Made by a program: the position numbers and the translations under genes. Source: Nemertoderma westbladi (taxonomy: Eukaryota > Animalia > Xenacoelomorpha). Taken from it: DNA of 64,000 bases. The notes under the pieces are model-generated. The model was given only the letters and a program-made list of their open reading frames with translations, had not been told where the DNA came from and searched no databases. Within the stretch, counting starts at the first letter, position 1. Each line of letters begins with the position of its first letter. Shown here piece by piece: positions 1 through 11,400 of this stretch. The stretch lies in NCBI GenBank assembly GCA_032718475.1, contig JAUCBJ010005827.1, positions 1 through 64,000 of the forward strand. Direction: 5' to 3'.

Positions 1-759
1 ACACTAGAAGCCCCAGAGAAATTGACCCCCTTTAAGCACCGCAGCGGTCATTTTTGACCGCCACTTGAAATCAGAATGAAATTGGCTTGTTACACCCGCA
101 GAGATAGCATATTAGTATATATATAGCATATATTCTATACATATGTAATAATAAAATATAATATATAGAAATATATATTATATATATTATTATATATCTA
201 TAAACAGCATATATATACTATTTTTGTTATTAACAATGAATGTTATTAATTTTACGTTTTTATTAAATTTGGCCGATGAATATTATTCAAATTAAGATCT
301 AAATTGGTATCCTACCTACAAACATACTGATATTTCTATCAGATTTTATAGATAGGCGTTATACTGTATAGTGTATATAGCTATATATACCTCTATAGAG
401 TAGAATCAGTCGTTGTGACAGTCGTTGCAAATAACACGGACGTATTTTACTTGTTCAGTAATACAATTCCCACAGCGTGGATGACAACACATTAGACAAG
501 TTAAATTCGTTTTGTTGCCACAGCCCTGTGTGTGACATTGATGCCTCTTTAATGAGACTTTGGCAACACAGTCGGTCGCCACCAAACAATCAGGTGCGGT
601 GGCTGTTGCCATTGGCAACTCAGGACTACCTGATGTTCTTTGACCGATATATGACTTTGACTTCTCCCTCTCGCTACTTTCATCTCCGCTACAACTGTAT
701 TCATCACCACTTTCTTCTGGGCCTACTGGTACGCCTACCATTATCGGTGCCAGCTCCGG

Positions 760-1676
760 TGTAACAGGAAAATATGCCCCCCCGGGAAATGTGCCCGGGG
801 GGGCATATTTTCCTAGGAAAAAATGCCCCCCCGGGCAAATTTCCCTAGGAAAAAATGCCCCCCCTTAGGAAATTATGCCCCCCCTGAATTATACAATAAA
901 CAAAACTTATTACTACTAAAACTTACAAAAATTATACAAAACAATAAACAGTCACTTTACCAAATGAAGGAAAGGAGCAGGTTACAGAGGCATGCCTTTC
1001 TAACCAAAACAATAAACGATCATTTAACTAATTGAGGGAAAGGAGCAGGTTACAGAGGCGGGATTTTCTAACCAAAACAATAAACAGTCACTTTAGCAAA
1101 TCAGGGAAAGGAGCAGGTTACAGAGACGGGATTTTCTAACCAAAACAATAAACAATAACATTACCAATTGAGAGAAAGGAGCAGGTTACAGAGGCGGGAT
1201 TTTCTAACCAAAACAATAAACAATCACTTTACCAAATCAGGGAAAGGAGCAGGTTACAGACTTAAAAAAGCTTGGAGCTGCTCGGCGCCCACACAACACC
1301 CTGACACCACACACTCGCACTGCTGTTATACCAGTACTTACTACAGTAGCCTACTGACTTAGATACTTCAGTATGCTGTTCTACATCCCTTACTGCCTTA
1401 CCTGCTTACCTACCAGCAGACCGGTACCGTACTATTCTTCCAACTATTACAAGTTCTGCAGTTGGTAGATTAAAAGTGGCTACCAGCAGACCGGTATCGT
1501 ACCAGTTTTCAGACTTTTGAGGGGGGCAAATTTTCCTGAGGGGAGGCATTATTTCCTAAGGAGAAAATGCCCCCCCGGGCTAAATTTCCTAGGAAAAATT
1601 GCCCGGGGGGACATAATATCCTAGGAAATAATGCCCCGGGGGGCATATTCTAGGGGGGGCTGATTTCCTTGTGACA
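760..1676. mobile_element. Ginger1-like non-autonomous element (MITE)
   Basis: TGT...ACA termini (TGTAACAGGAAA / TTTCCTTGTGACA), 4-bp CCGG TSD at 756-759 and 1677-1680, long imperfect TIRs made of AAAATGCCCCCCCGG/CCTAGG units. TGT..ACA with CCGG TSD is characteristic of Ginger1. Confidence 0.8.
935..1262. repeat. 68-bp tandem repeat x5 inside the Ginger-like MITE
   Basis: AAAGGAGCAGGTTACAGA recurs at 971, 1039, 1107, 1175 and 1243. Confidence 0.9.
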
Positions 1677-2565
1677 CCGGTACAGGTACAGGTAGTGGTT
1701 CAGATGGGGTTTGTTGCGTGACATTCAAATCCCCACAAGTAGAAGCAGATTCGCTTGCAGGAGCAGTACTACTACCGCTGGTAGAGTCGGATGCTGATCT
1801 TGTCCGCTGACGCAATGGATAGGTTTTTCTAACGGCATCCATGGTGAAATCCTCTTACTGATACCGGTACCTAATATCTTTCACCTTTACAGTAGGTATC
1901 TGTGTCGTGTGTACCGGTACTGATCTTGTCACAAAATCACAAACCCTAGTGAAACCCCACTGCCGTAGTCTACCATTATTTTGGCCAGGTTAGTGGTGTG
2001 TAGGGCAGTACTGCAGTCCACATTGCCTGAATGAATATTATAAATTACCTATTTAAAATTACCACTCTCGAAAATATTTTAAACTACGTTACTAAAAACA
2101 ATTTATTGATTGGTGGACTATTGCTGGTATTAGGGCGGGTTGGATCCTAACGGATCAGAGCGGATCCGATCGGATAGAAACCCACAAAATATACTAAGCT
2201 ACCAAGACGAGTCTGGGATACTTACTACGGTATAGCAGACTGAGCCTACCTGCAATAAACTTAATTTCACTTACCTACCACTTCACTAATACTGTGCGTA
2301 ACACTATCTAGCCATAGCGGTCATTTTTGACCCCTATGGGGCTTTTCGGATATTTCAATTTTTTGAGAGAACGAAATGAAATTTTTTATTTTCTTTTTCA
2401 TTTTTGATTACCTAAGGATAAACCCGGAAAAGTCAAGAAATTTCATATTTATACAATACATAGCAGCAGAGATAATTCGATTTGAATTTGCAAAACGGTC
2501 AAAAATGACCGCTTGGGGCTTCTAGTGTTAAACGGTTTTCTAACCTGACCCGAGCAGTTCGGGTC

Positions 2566-3930
2566 ATGGCCTGGGTCTCTCGATTCATCAGTAACTGCAG
2601 GGTTCGTCGGCGAACCCGCAGCTCTGCCGCCACTGGGCCTCTCAGCAAAGTGGAACGAGACCGCGCCCTTGTTCAGCTGTTCTACCTGGAACAGCGAGCA
2701 ACTATGTCTAATGACATCGACCTAATCCAGGATGGCGACACCCGGGAATCCTCTCTATGGCCCTTCCGGCCATTTATCGACACAGCAACCAACCTGGTCA
2801 GTGGATGCCCTCGAACCCAAGAACAATCCCTGCCTCTGCTGCCCAAGGGTTCCCCCCTCGCTCGCCTACTCGCCTGGGACGTCCACATCGTCACAAAACA
2901 TGGTGGAGTCCCCACAATGATGTCTGAACTCAGTAAGACCGTGTGGATCGCAGGTCTGCGTTCGATCTGTAAGAAGATCACGTATGACTGCGTCCCCTGC
3001 CGCCGCTTCAACTCCCGCCACTTCTGCACCCCAGAGGGGGCGCTTCCTGACTTCCGGGTAAGGCCGGGGGTCATACCCTTCCAGTCCACCGGCTTGGACT
3101 ACGCTGGTGGTCTCAATAACAATGAAGGGGAGAAGCGCTACATCCTTCTCCTCACCTGCGCGTCTACCCGCGCACTACACCTCGAGTTGACCTCCCGGAT
3201 GGACGCCGAGGACACCCACAACGCCCTGCGTCGTTTCGCGGCCAGACGGGGTGTTCCTGAGGTGTTGTACTCAGACAACGCCGCTACCTTCAAACTACTC
3301 AGTAAAGTTCTGGCCGGAACCGAGTGGCGCTTCATTCCGGTCCACGCCCCCTGGCATGGTGGCTTCTGGGAGAGGATGGTTGGGGTAGTGAAGCTGGCGC
3401 TCAGGAAGAGTCTGGGGCGCGCTGCACTCACAGACGATGAACTGCGAACTGTGCTGGCCGAGGTTGAAGCGACAGCCAATCGTCGGCCCCTCGTACAATC
3501 CCCTGACAGCAGCACCGAACCGTTAACTCCCGCTCACTTTCTGTTCGGTGGCACTCCGCCACCTCTTGCGCCATTGGCCCTCCTCTCTCCTAAGGACTAC
3601 CCCCAATCTCTCTCTTCCTCATCCCGTCGCTCTGCTAAGGAGTTGAGGAGCAGCTGGCGCCGATCTGTGGCAGCTACCGAGGCGATCTGGAAGCACTGGA
3701 CCTCCGAGTACCTGCCCACACTTCGATCCTGGCGTAGGAAGCTGCGTCCTGCACCAAAGGTTGAGAGTGGGGCTATAGTCATCGTCGATACCCCTCTCAA
3801 GCCGCGATCGAGCTGGCCCCTTGGGAACGTCGTTCGGGTCCACCCTGGAGGACGCACAGCGGATGTCCGGGTCGATGGCCACGTGTCCTCGCGCCCCCTT
3901 GCTGGACTTGTCCCCCTCGAGGTAGACTGA
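2566..3930 (+). CDS. Bel/Pao pol C-terminus: HHCC zinc finger, DDE integrase and Pao C-terminal domain
   Basis: H..HGG..C..C; GLDYAG; LLTCASTRALHLEL; SDNAATF; APWHGGFWERMVGVVK; LTPAHFL; WxxEYLPTL; RSSWPLG. Confidence 0.92.
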   Translation: MAWVSRFISNCRVRRRTRSSAATGPLSKVERDRALVQLFYLEQRATMSNDIDLIQDGDTRESSLWPFRPFIDTATNLVSGCPRTQEQSLPLLPKGSPLARLLAWDVHIVTKHGGVPTMMSELSKTVWIAGLRSICKKITYDCVPCRRFNSRHFCTPEGALPDFRVRPGVIPFQSTGLDYAGGLNNNEGEKRYILLLTCASTRALHLELTSRMDAEDTHNALRRFAARRGVPEVLYSDNAATFKLLSKVLAGTEWRFIPVHAPWHGGFWERMVGVVKLALRKSLGRAALTDDELRTVLAEVEATANRRPLVQSPDSSTEPLTPAHFLFGGTPPPLAPLALLSPKDYPQSLSSSSRRSAKELRSSWRRSVAATEAIWKHWTSEYLPTLRSWRRKLRPAPKVESGAIVIVDTPLKPRSSWPLGNVVRVHPGGRTADVRVDGHVSSRPLAGLVPLEVD

Positions 3931-4196
3931 CTCGCGCTCTCTGCGTCTATGTACTGTTTGTTTGGACTTAAATTGTAGTTCTTTCATTGTTGTTGAGATT
4001 TCAACGCTTATATTACTCTGTCTTACTTTATTCTGAATTTATATTAGTGTATTGCATTATATTACTTTATCTTACCTATATTGACCTATATTGTCTGTAT
4101 GCACTACTTTAACATTGGTTTTCTTACTATTTGTTATTTTTGTATTTTCGGCGATTATCTATCGTCCTATTTTGAGCGATCAAACTAGGAGGGGAG

Positions 4197-4694
4197 TGTA
4201 AATAATCGCCAGGTTGTCGACCGGAATTTCTAACTTTCTGTACCCGTTTTTTGGGATCGAGACGTAATCTGCTGTCTTTACAGCACTCTGTCCAACCTCC
4301 CTCTAGCGGGAAGGTTGGCAGGCAATCTTAGGATCGAAACGTAGCTAACTGGCCACTCAGCAGTCTCCTTGGCTACCCCATCAGGACGCTTCCTGAGACG
4401 GTATTTAAGGAGCTGCTGGCCACTTTTCATCACTTCCAAGTCGACAACCTTTTCCTTGTGCAAACCCCTGCTTCAAAGTTTAGTGATTTAATTGTCTCCT
4501 CTTCTATTTCCTTATTATTCAACGAACTATTATAAATAAACTCAGTTATCGCGTTCACTCAAAATCAACTTTTTCAACCTTCACCTTACCCTTCTACCTC
4601 TACTTTGGGAGCCGTCACATAGTTGCACTCCCTTCGGCAACTGGGATTCTAAAATCGAAGACTCCCTGCATCTCTCAACGCCCAGTTCGCCACA
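4197..4694 (+). repeat. 3' LTR (498 bp)
   Basis: Starts TG directly after the PPT, ends CA where the 48-bp array resumes; TATA-like TATTTAA near 4402 and AATAAA near 4535. Confidence 0.8.
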
Positions 4695-5281
4695 ACTGGC
4701 ACCCTATTGGCTACGTACCAAGAACTCTGTATCTTTTAGTTTACTGGCACCCTATTGGCTACGTACCAAGAACTCTGTATCTTTTAGTTTACTGGCACCC
4801 TATTGGCTACGTACCAAGAACTCTGTATCTTTTAGTTTACTGGCACCCTATTGGCTACGTACCAAGAACTCTGTATCTTTTAGTTTACTGGCACCCTATT
4901 GGCTACGTACCAAGAACTCTGTATCTTTTAGTTTACTGACACCCTATTGGCTACGTACCAAGAACTCTGTATCTTTTAGTTTACTGGCACCCTATTGGCT
5001 ACGTACCAGGAACTCTATCTTTTAGTTTACTGGCACCCTATTGGCTACGTACCAAGAACTCTGTATCTTTTAGTTTACTGGCACCCTATTGGCTACGTAC
5101 CAGGAACTCTGTATCTTTTAGTTTACTGGCACCCTATTGGCTACGTACCAAGAATTCTGTATCTTTTAGTTTACTGGCACCCTATTGGCTACGTACCAAG
5201 AACTCTGTATCTTTTAGTTTACTGGCACCCTATTGGCTACGTACCAGGAACTCTGAATCTTTTACTGGCACCCTATTGGCT
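4695..5281 (-). repeat. 48-bp tandem array (about 12 copies) derived from exon 3' end plus 5' splice site
   Basis: Minus-strand unit gtacgt-AGCCAATAGGGTGCCAGTAA-actaa-AAGATACAGAGTTCTTG copies the exon end ...AGCCAATAGGGTGCCAGTAAAAGATTCAGAGTTCCTG|gtacgt. Confidence 0.95.
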
Positions 5282-5432
5282 CTCGTCCATCTACTGCTAG
5301 TTGTGTCCCTCTTCTCTACGAAATATCCGGTGACGCGCGACCCACCATTGTTATCCGGCGGTTTCCATCGCAACCCGATACTCTCCTGGGAGACGCTCAC
5401 AACTTCTGGAGTGCCTGGTGGACTTGGTGGAT
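5245..5432 (-). CDS. Ig/FN3 gene exon (FN3 N-half)
   Basis: ag|ATCCACC...TTCCTG|gtacgt; [42 protein letters not shown]...[13 protein letters not shown]. Confidence 0.9.
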
Positions 5433-8400
5433 CTAAAGAGAGAAAATATTAAAAGACTGAAAGCAACCGGCGGCGTTACATATCATCAACCAAGCACAAA
5501 CTTCGCATACACACAGTCGTCACACTATAACGCCAATCCTTATAATAATTTCTAACATACAATGCAATACAGACGAGGGAGTGGGCTGTGGTGCGTAAAA
5601 ATTAATGTACATAAATATAATATGATATGAATAATGTATCGTGTTGCTTTGATATTGTATGAACCGAAACAAATGAAAAAAAGGTACTTGAAATAAATTC
5701 TCACCTTAGAATGTAAATAACTACCTATAATTGCAAATAACTTTTTTGTACAGGAAATTAAAGATTGCCGCACCAGCGACTGTCAAACGATTTAGTATAA
5801 CCTGGAATTAATGATTAACTTACTCACCAAATTCATTTTTAGCGATAACCTTCGACCCACAAAGTGGTTCGGAAATACCGTATCTATTTTCAGCTCGAAT
5901 TCGGAATGTATAAGTGGAACCTTGGACCAGTTTGTGCACACTATGTTTGCATTTAGTGCAAAAACTACTAACCTGGAAGATAAAGGATGCAATTATTATT
6001 ATAGTAAACAGTATTAGTACACTTGTTATAGAAGTGGAAGCCGAATAGCTCTTAAAACAGGTGAACATCGCTTATTGTTAAATAATTAATAAAATAATTA
6101 GACGTAATTTTGTGTCATATTTCATAATAATTTGAATCTTGAAGACTTGAATACATCTCGCCCATATGCGATCACATATAATTACAACACTATAATTACA
6201 ATTATTAGCTATTATTTTACAATTATTTACTTATTGTGTGCCAACTATCTCTATTAGCATCTTTACTTACTTTGTGCCAACTATCTCTATTAGCCTCTTT
6301 ACTTACTTTGTGCCAACTATCTCTATTAGCCTCTTTACTTACTTTGTGCCAACTATCTCTATTAGCCTCTTTACTTACTTTGTGCCAACTATCTCTATTA
6401 GCCTCTTTACTTACTTTGTGCCAACTATCTCTATTAGCCTCTTTACTTACTTTGTGCCAACTATCTCTATTAGCCTCTTTACTTACTTTGTGCCAACTAT
6501 CTCTATTAGCCTCTTTACTTACTTTGTGCCAACTATCTCTATTAGCCTCTTTACTTACTTTGTGCCAACTATCTCTATTAGCCTCTTTACTTACTTTGTG
6601 CCAACTATCTCTATTAGCCTCTTTACTTACTTTGTGCCAACTATCTCTATTAGCCTCTTTACTTACTTTGTGCCAACTATCTATATTAGTCTCTTTACTT
6701 ACTTTGTGCCAACTATCTCTATAAGCCTCTTTACTTACTTTGTGCCAACTATCTCTATTAGCCTCTTTACTTACTTTGTGCCAACTATCTCTATTAGCCT
6801 CTTTACTTACTTTGTGCCAACTATCTCTATTAGCCTCTTTACTTACTTTGTGTCAACTATCTCTATTAGCCTCTTTACTTACTTTGTGCCAACTATCTCT
6901 ATTAGCCTCTTTACTTACTTTGTGCCAACTATCTCTATTAGCCTCTTTACTTACTTTGTGCCAACTATCTCTATTAGCCTCTTTACTTACTTTGTGCCAA
7001 CTATCTCTATTAGCCTCTTTACTTACTTTGTGCCAACTATCTCTATTAGCCTCTTTACTTACTTTGTGCCAACTATCTCTATAAGCCTCTTTACTTACTT
7101 TGTGCCAACTATCTCTATTAGCCTCTTTACTTACTTTGTGCCAACTATCTCTATTAGCCTCTTTACTTACTTTGTGCCAACTATCTCTATTAGCCTCTTG
7201 TTTCTCGATTATATAATTAGTTATTTCGGAACCCCCGTCATCCAACGGCGGCTTCCAACTCAATGTAACCGACTCGCCAGACTTCTCCACAACTTCTACG
7301 GGACCTTCAGGAGATTGCGGTTTATCTGCAATAACAATAATATTGAAGTAAAATAATGAGACCACGCAACAACCTTTGATAAATCAGAAGTAATTACAAT
7401 ATTTAAAAGTTGTAATTAAAAACTAATTAGCCAGGTCGAAAATAATGTGAAAAAGTACCAAAAAATAAAAATTCGTTTTGGTTTTGAAAGTTAGTTTATC
7501 CGTGCTTCAATGATTATAATTACATCTGATTGCTCAGTACATCAATATGAAGAAAAGTAGTAAAATTAAAAATTATAAAAATAAAATAATTAAATTAAAT
7601 TAAATTAATGACTAATAATTCACATTAGTTATTGGGCTATTTGTTCCATACTCGTATGGGAGACCCTAGGTGGGCACATTGTGGGAGGCCGAGATCCCCA
7701 CTGCAAAAAAAGTAACTAAATGGAAAACTGGAAAGTTTTGACTGGATGAGTCGAGCGAGTGTGAACTAAAGTAGTCAATAAAACTGTAACACCCACTCAC
7801 TGACCAATGCAATGTACCACTCGGTGATGTGTTCAGTGGTAACGACCCCACGGTAAAGTTGAGACGTGTGAGTCACGGTCTTTCGGCTGCTTGGTACCGC
7901 AAGCCTACAGATACTGGGCTCGTCCTTAACGTTACTGCGTGTGTCCAGAGTCATACAACCGCAGTGTAGTTCGTGTTATGTTCCATCGTAGTTTTAACGT
8001 CAGTAAGGGTGGGGATGGTTCCCAACTCCACACCGCTATTGGGGACACTTCTTGTCAATAACCAATATAATGATACGATGATCCAACGGGAGCTCACTGC
8101 TGTTCAAGCCTCTAGGGGGCGTGCGATCACTCCAAGCAGTAGTCGGTACTAGTGTGTTTTGTGCACAATCCCCCTCAAATTTTTATACTAGCTAGTTTTT
8201 GTTACTTTTTTTCTATAAAAATGTTCTAGAACATAAAATCTATTCATGTGACTTCGACCATTGATGGTTGTACAGACCCACAATCGATAGCCGACCGATT
8301 CGCCAGTATATATTCAGATCTATATAATCAACCGTATGATTCCGCTTTAGATTTCTTAAGATGGCAGATTTCCGATAAACTCGAAGGATGTGATTCAGCT

Positions 8401-11400
8401 GATTTCCCGAATATCACTCCGGATTTGGTCAGTGAAGACATAGGCTAAAAAGCTCTAAAACAGACGTAACTTTTGATTTTGATTCTGATTGCCTGATCAA
8501 TGGTCCTCCAGAATTATGTTCACATTTAAGTGTTTTGTTCAACAGTTTTCTCATTCATGGCTTTGTTCCACAGTTCTTACTGACGTGTGTCATTATTCCT
8601 TTCATAAAATATAAATTATGTGACGATTCCCTTTCCAGTAATTACAGGGCTATTGCCTTATCCTCCATTCTGATTAAGTTGTTTGAGTGGGTCATGCTGA
8701 TCTCGCAGGCTGAGTGCTTACATTTGGATGAGTTGCAATTCGGGTTCAAAAGTGGTTCCAGTACGTCCCAATGTACCTGGGCGGCTACAGAGGTTCTCGG
8801 TTTCTATTCTAGAAACGCAACTCCTGTATTTGGATGTTTTCTCGATCTATCGAAAGCCTTCGATATGGTTGTATGGTGCAAGCAATTTCTGGAACTTATT
8901 AAGAAGGGGTTTTCTCCTTTTTTCTTACGAACCCTGCTATGGATCTATAGTAATCAAACATGTTGCGTCCGCTGGAACAGCTTCCACTCCGAGTCATTTA
9001 TGTTAACGAACGGAGTTCGTCAAGGTTCAGTGGCATCTCCGATTCTGTTCTGTATTATATTGGATAAATTAATATCAAAACTGAGGTCATCTAAAGTTGG
9101 TTGTTATATTGGTTCTTTTTATTTTGGTATTTTCGGCTACGCAGAGGATCTTCTCCTTTTATGCCCTCCATAGTGGGACTACGGTTTATGGTCAAGTTAT
9201 GCGAGGAGTTCGCAACCGAACACCATCTCGTGTTTAGTAGTACAAACCCGAATCCGGATAAATCCAAATCCAAATGCATTCCTTTTGGGAGAGTGTGGTT
9301 TAAACCCACAGCGTCAGTAATGCTGAACGGGAGACCACTTCCTTGGGTCAGGGAGGCGTTGCATCTAGGAAACATGTTAGATTTCCAGAACACAATGGAG
9401 TCTGATATTATACGAAAACGGGGAAATGTATAGGAAAGCTCAATGCACTTCGGCAAGAATTCTATTTTTCTGATCCGTATGTTTTGAGTAATATTCAGCG
9501 TATTTATAGCACATCCTTCTACGGTAGTAATTTATGGAATCTTTTTTCTGCATCGTGTACTCGCATATCCACGAAGCTAAGGAAAATCAACTACTTTCGC
9601 TAAGAAAGATTTTCCTTAGCTGAGATGGTCTATTCATAGTGGGCTATTTTACTTGTGTGAGGCAGATTTGGGGTTTTTTGATAGGCGAAAAAACTAGCCT
9701 TTAAAAGTACCCTGAAATTTTGCATGTATATACTACTCGACGAGGCGCATCTTTTGGGCCGGGTCTCATATCCAGGAAAAATCTGGTTTCCATGGCAACG
9801 GACTTCAAAAAAAGTCTATGTATTTCAAGTCAATATTTATAACTCTATTTGTAGGAAAACTATAATAGATATAAACTTGGGGTTTCGCAACACAACTATA
9901 AGGTCCATAGCAGATCCGATTGAGGCTAAATAGAAAATCCAGTTACCTTGGCAACCGGGATAAACAGATGTTAAAATTTATAAAATGTTAATTTGAAGCC
10001 TAAGGGCAAGGTGTTATGACTTGGGACCAACCCCTACCCCCACTATATAACTTATTCTGCATCCGAATTACATTGTTCTATTTTTCAGTTACCATGACAA
10101 CCGCTGAAAACATATGTTTTTATTCAAAACTTATTCATTTGGACATAGACTTCACGATAAAATTTTACAAAACTGGGAATGTGTTATCTGGACCACTAGT
10201 TGGAACTTTTAGTGAAACTTAAATTATTCCAGAAATTTAGTTACCATGGTAACTGTAGTTTATTAAACTCTATATCATTCAAATCTATATTGATAACTCT
10301 ATTTGTAGCAAAACTGTAATATATATAAACTTGGGGTTTTGCAACTCATCTATAAGGTCCATATACAAACCGTTCGAGGTTAATTTGAAAATCCAGCTAC
10401 CATAGCAACAAGACTATACAGATGTTAAAATTTATAAAATGATAATTTGAAGCACAAGTTAATAGTATTATGACTTGGGACCAACACCTACCCCCACTAT
10501 ATGACTTATTCTGCATCCGAATTACATTGTTCTATTTTTCAGTTACCATGACAACCGCTGAAAACAGATGTTTTTATACAAAAATTACTCATTTGGACAT
10601 AGACTTCGCGATAAAATTTTACGAAACTGGTTATGTGTTATCTGGACCACTAGTTGGAACTTTTAGTAAAACTCAAAACATTCCAGAAATATCTAGTTAC
10701 CATGGTAACTGGAGTTTATTACAGATTATATCATTCAAGTCTATATTCATAACTCTATTTATAGAATAACCACAATAGATATAAACTTGGGGTTTCTCAA
10801 CTCAATGATAGGGACAATAGTCGAGCTTATTGAGGTTGATTAAAAAATCTAGTTACCAGGGCAACCATGCTAAACAGATGTTCAAATTTATAAAATGGTT
10901 ATTTGAAGCATAACTTTAAGGTATTACTACTTGGGACCAATCCCTACCCCCACTATATCACTAATTCCGCATCCAATTTATATTGTTCCATTTTTCAGTT
11001 TCCATGACAACCCCTACAAACAGACGTTTTAACAATTAAATCCTTAGTTTTGCACATTAACTACTCAATGAAACTGAATTGAAGTATGTGTCACCTGGAA
11101 CCACAAACCGGATCTTAATGTAAACCTCAGCAGTTCTAGAAAAGGTTTTAAAGGCATATGCCTCTTAACTCTGTAAAGCAATGTAGTGATGAGTCAAAAA
11201 GTGTTTAATTTTCCTTAGCTTCGTGGTTGCATTTCCTTTAGGAAATGCCTTTCTAGTACAGTTCATGGAATATTAATATTAGGATTATTTTCAGATTGCC
11301 TTTTACATCACATAGATATATTGTAGAAAATTTAATGCAGTTTAAACACCCCAGTATTATGTTATATTCAGGTTTTATAAGATTTTGTACCAGTTTAGTG

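Larger units (their letters stand above)
406..1842 (-). pseudogene. Internally deleted piggyBac transposase (N-terminal Ser/acidic region plus C-terminal Cys-rich domain), split by a MITE
   Basis: Removing 760-1676 and one CCGG joins ORF 1842..1677 in frame to 755..406, giving 171 aa: MDAVRK...PLPVPVP-ELAPI-MVGVP...CHTQGC..CLMCCHPRCGNC...CNDC. No DDD catalytic core is present. Confidence 0.7.
2..2527 (-). mobile_element. Non-autonomous piggyBac-like DNA transposon inserted in a Bel/Pao pol gene
   Basis: TIR CACTAGAAGCCCCA (2-15) / TGGGGCTTCTAGTG (2514-2527) followed by TTAA (2528-2531); left TSD is cut by the window edge (only the A is visible); subterminal GCGGTCATTTTTGACC repeats; internal remnant ORF ends in a Cys-rich domain. 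Confidence 0.85.
2532..4694 (+). mobile_element. Bel/Pao LTR retrotransposon, 3' part (integrase, PPT, 3' LTR)
   Basis: Integrase ORF, polypurine tract AGGAGGGGAG ending at 4196, LTR TGTA..CACA 4197-4694; the 5' part lies left of the window, beyond the piggyBac insertion. Confidence 0.9.

Noticed and set aside
4695-7198. Regular repeats as a possible CRISPR array
   Set aside because: No unique spacers, no cas genes, eukaryotic intron context.
6236-7356. Long plus-strand ORFs ([12 protein letters not shown] / [12 protein letters not shown] repeats)
   Set aside because: Antisense readings of the 36-bp donor array; not genes.
7625-8147. GC-richer non-coding block, possibly a retroelement 5' UTR or ribozyme
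   Set aside because: No termini, TSD or ribozyme core could be demonstrated by eye; needs an Infernal or Dfam search.
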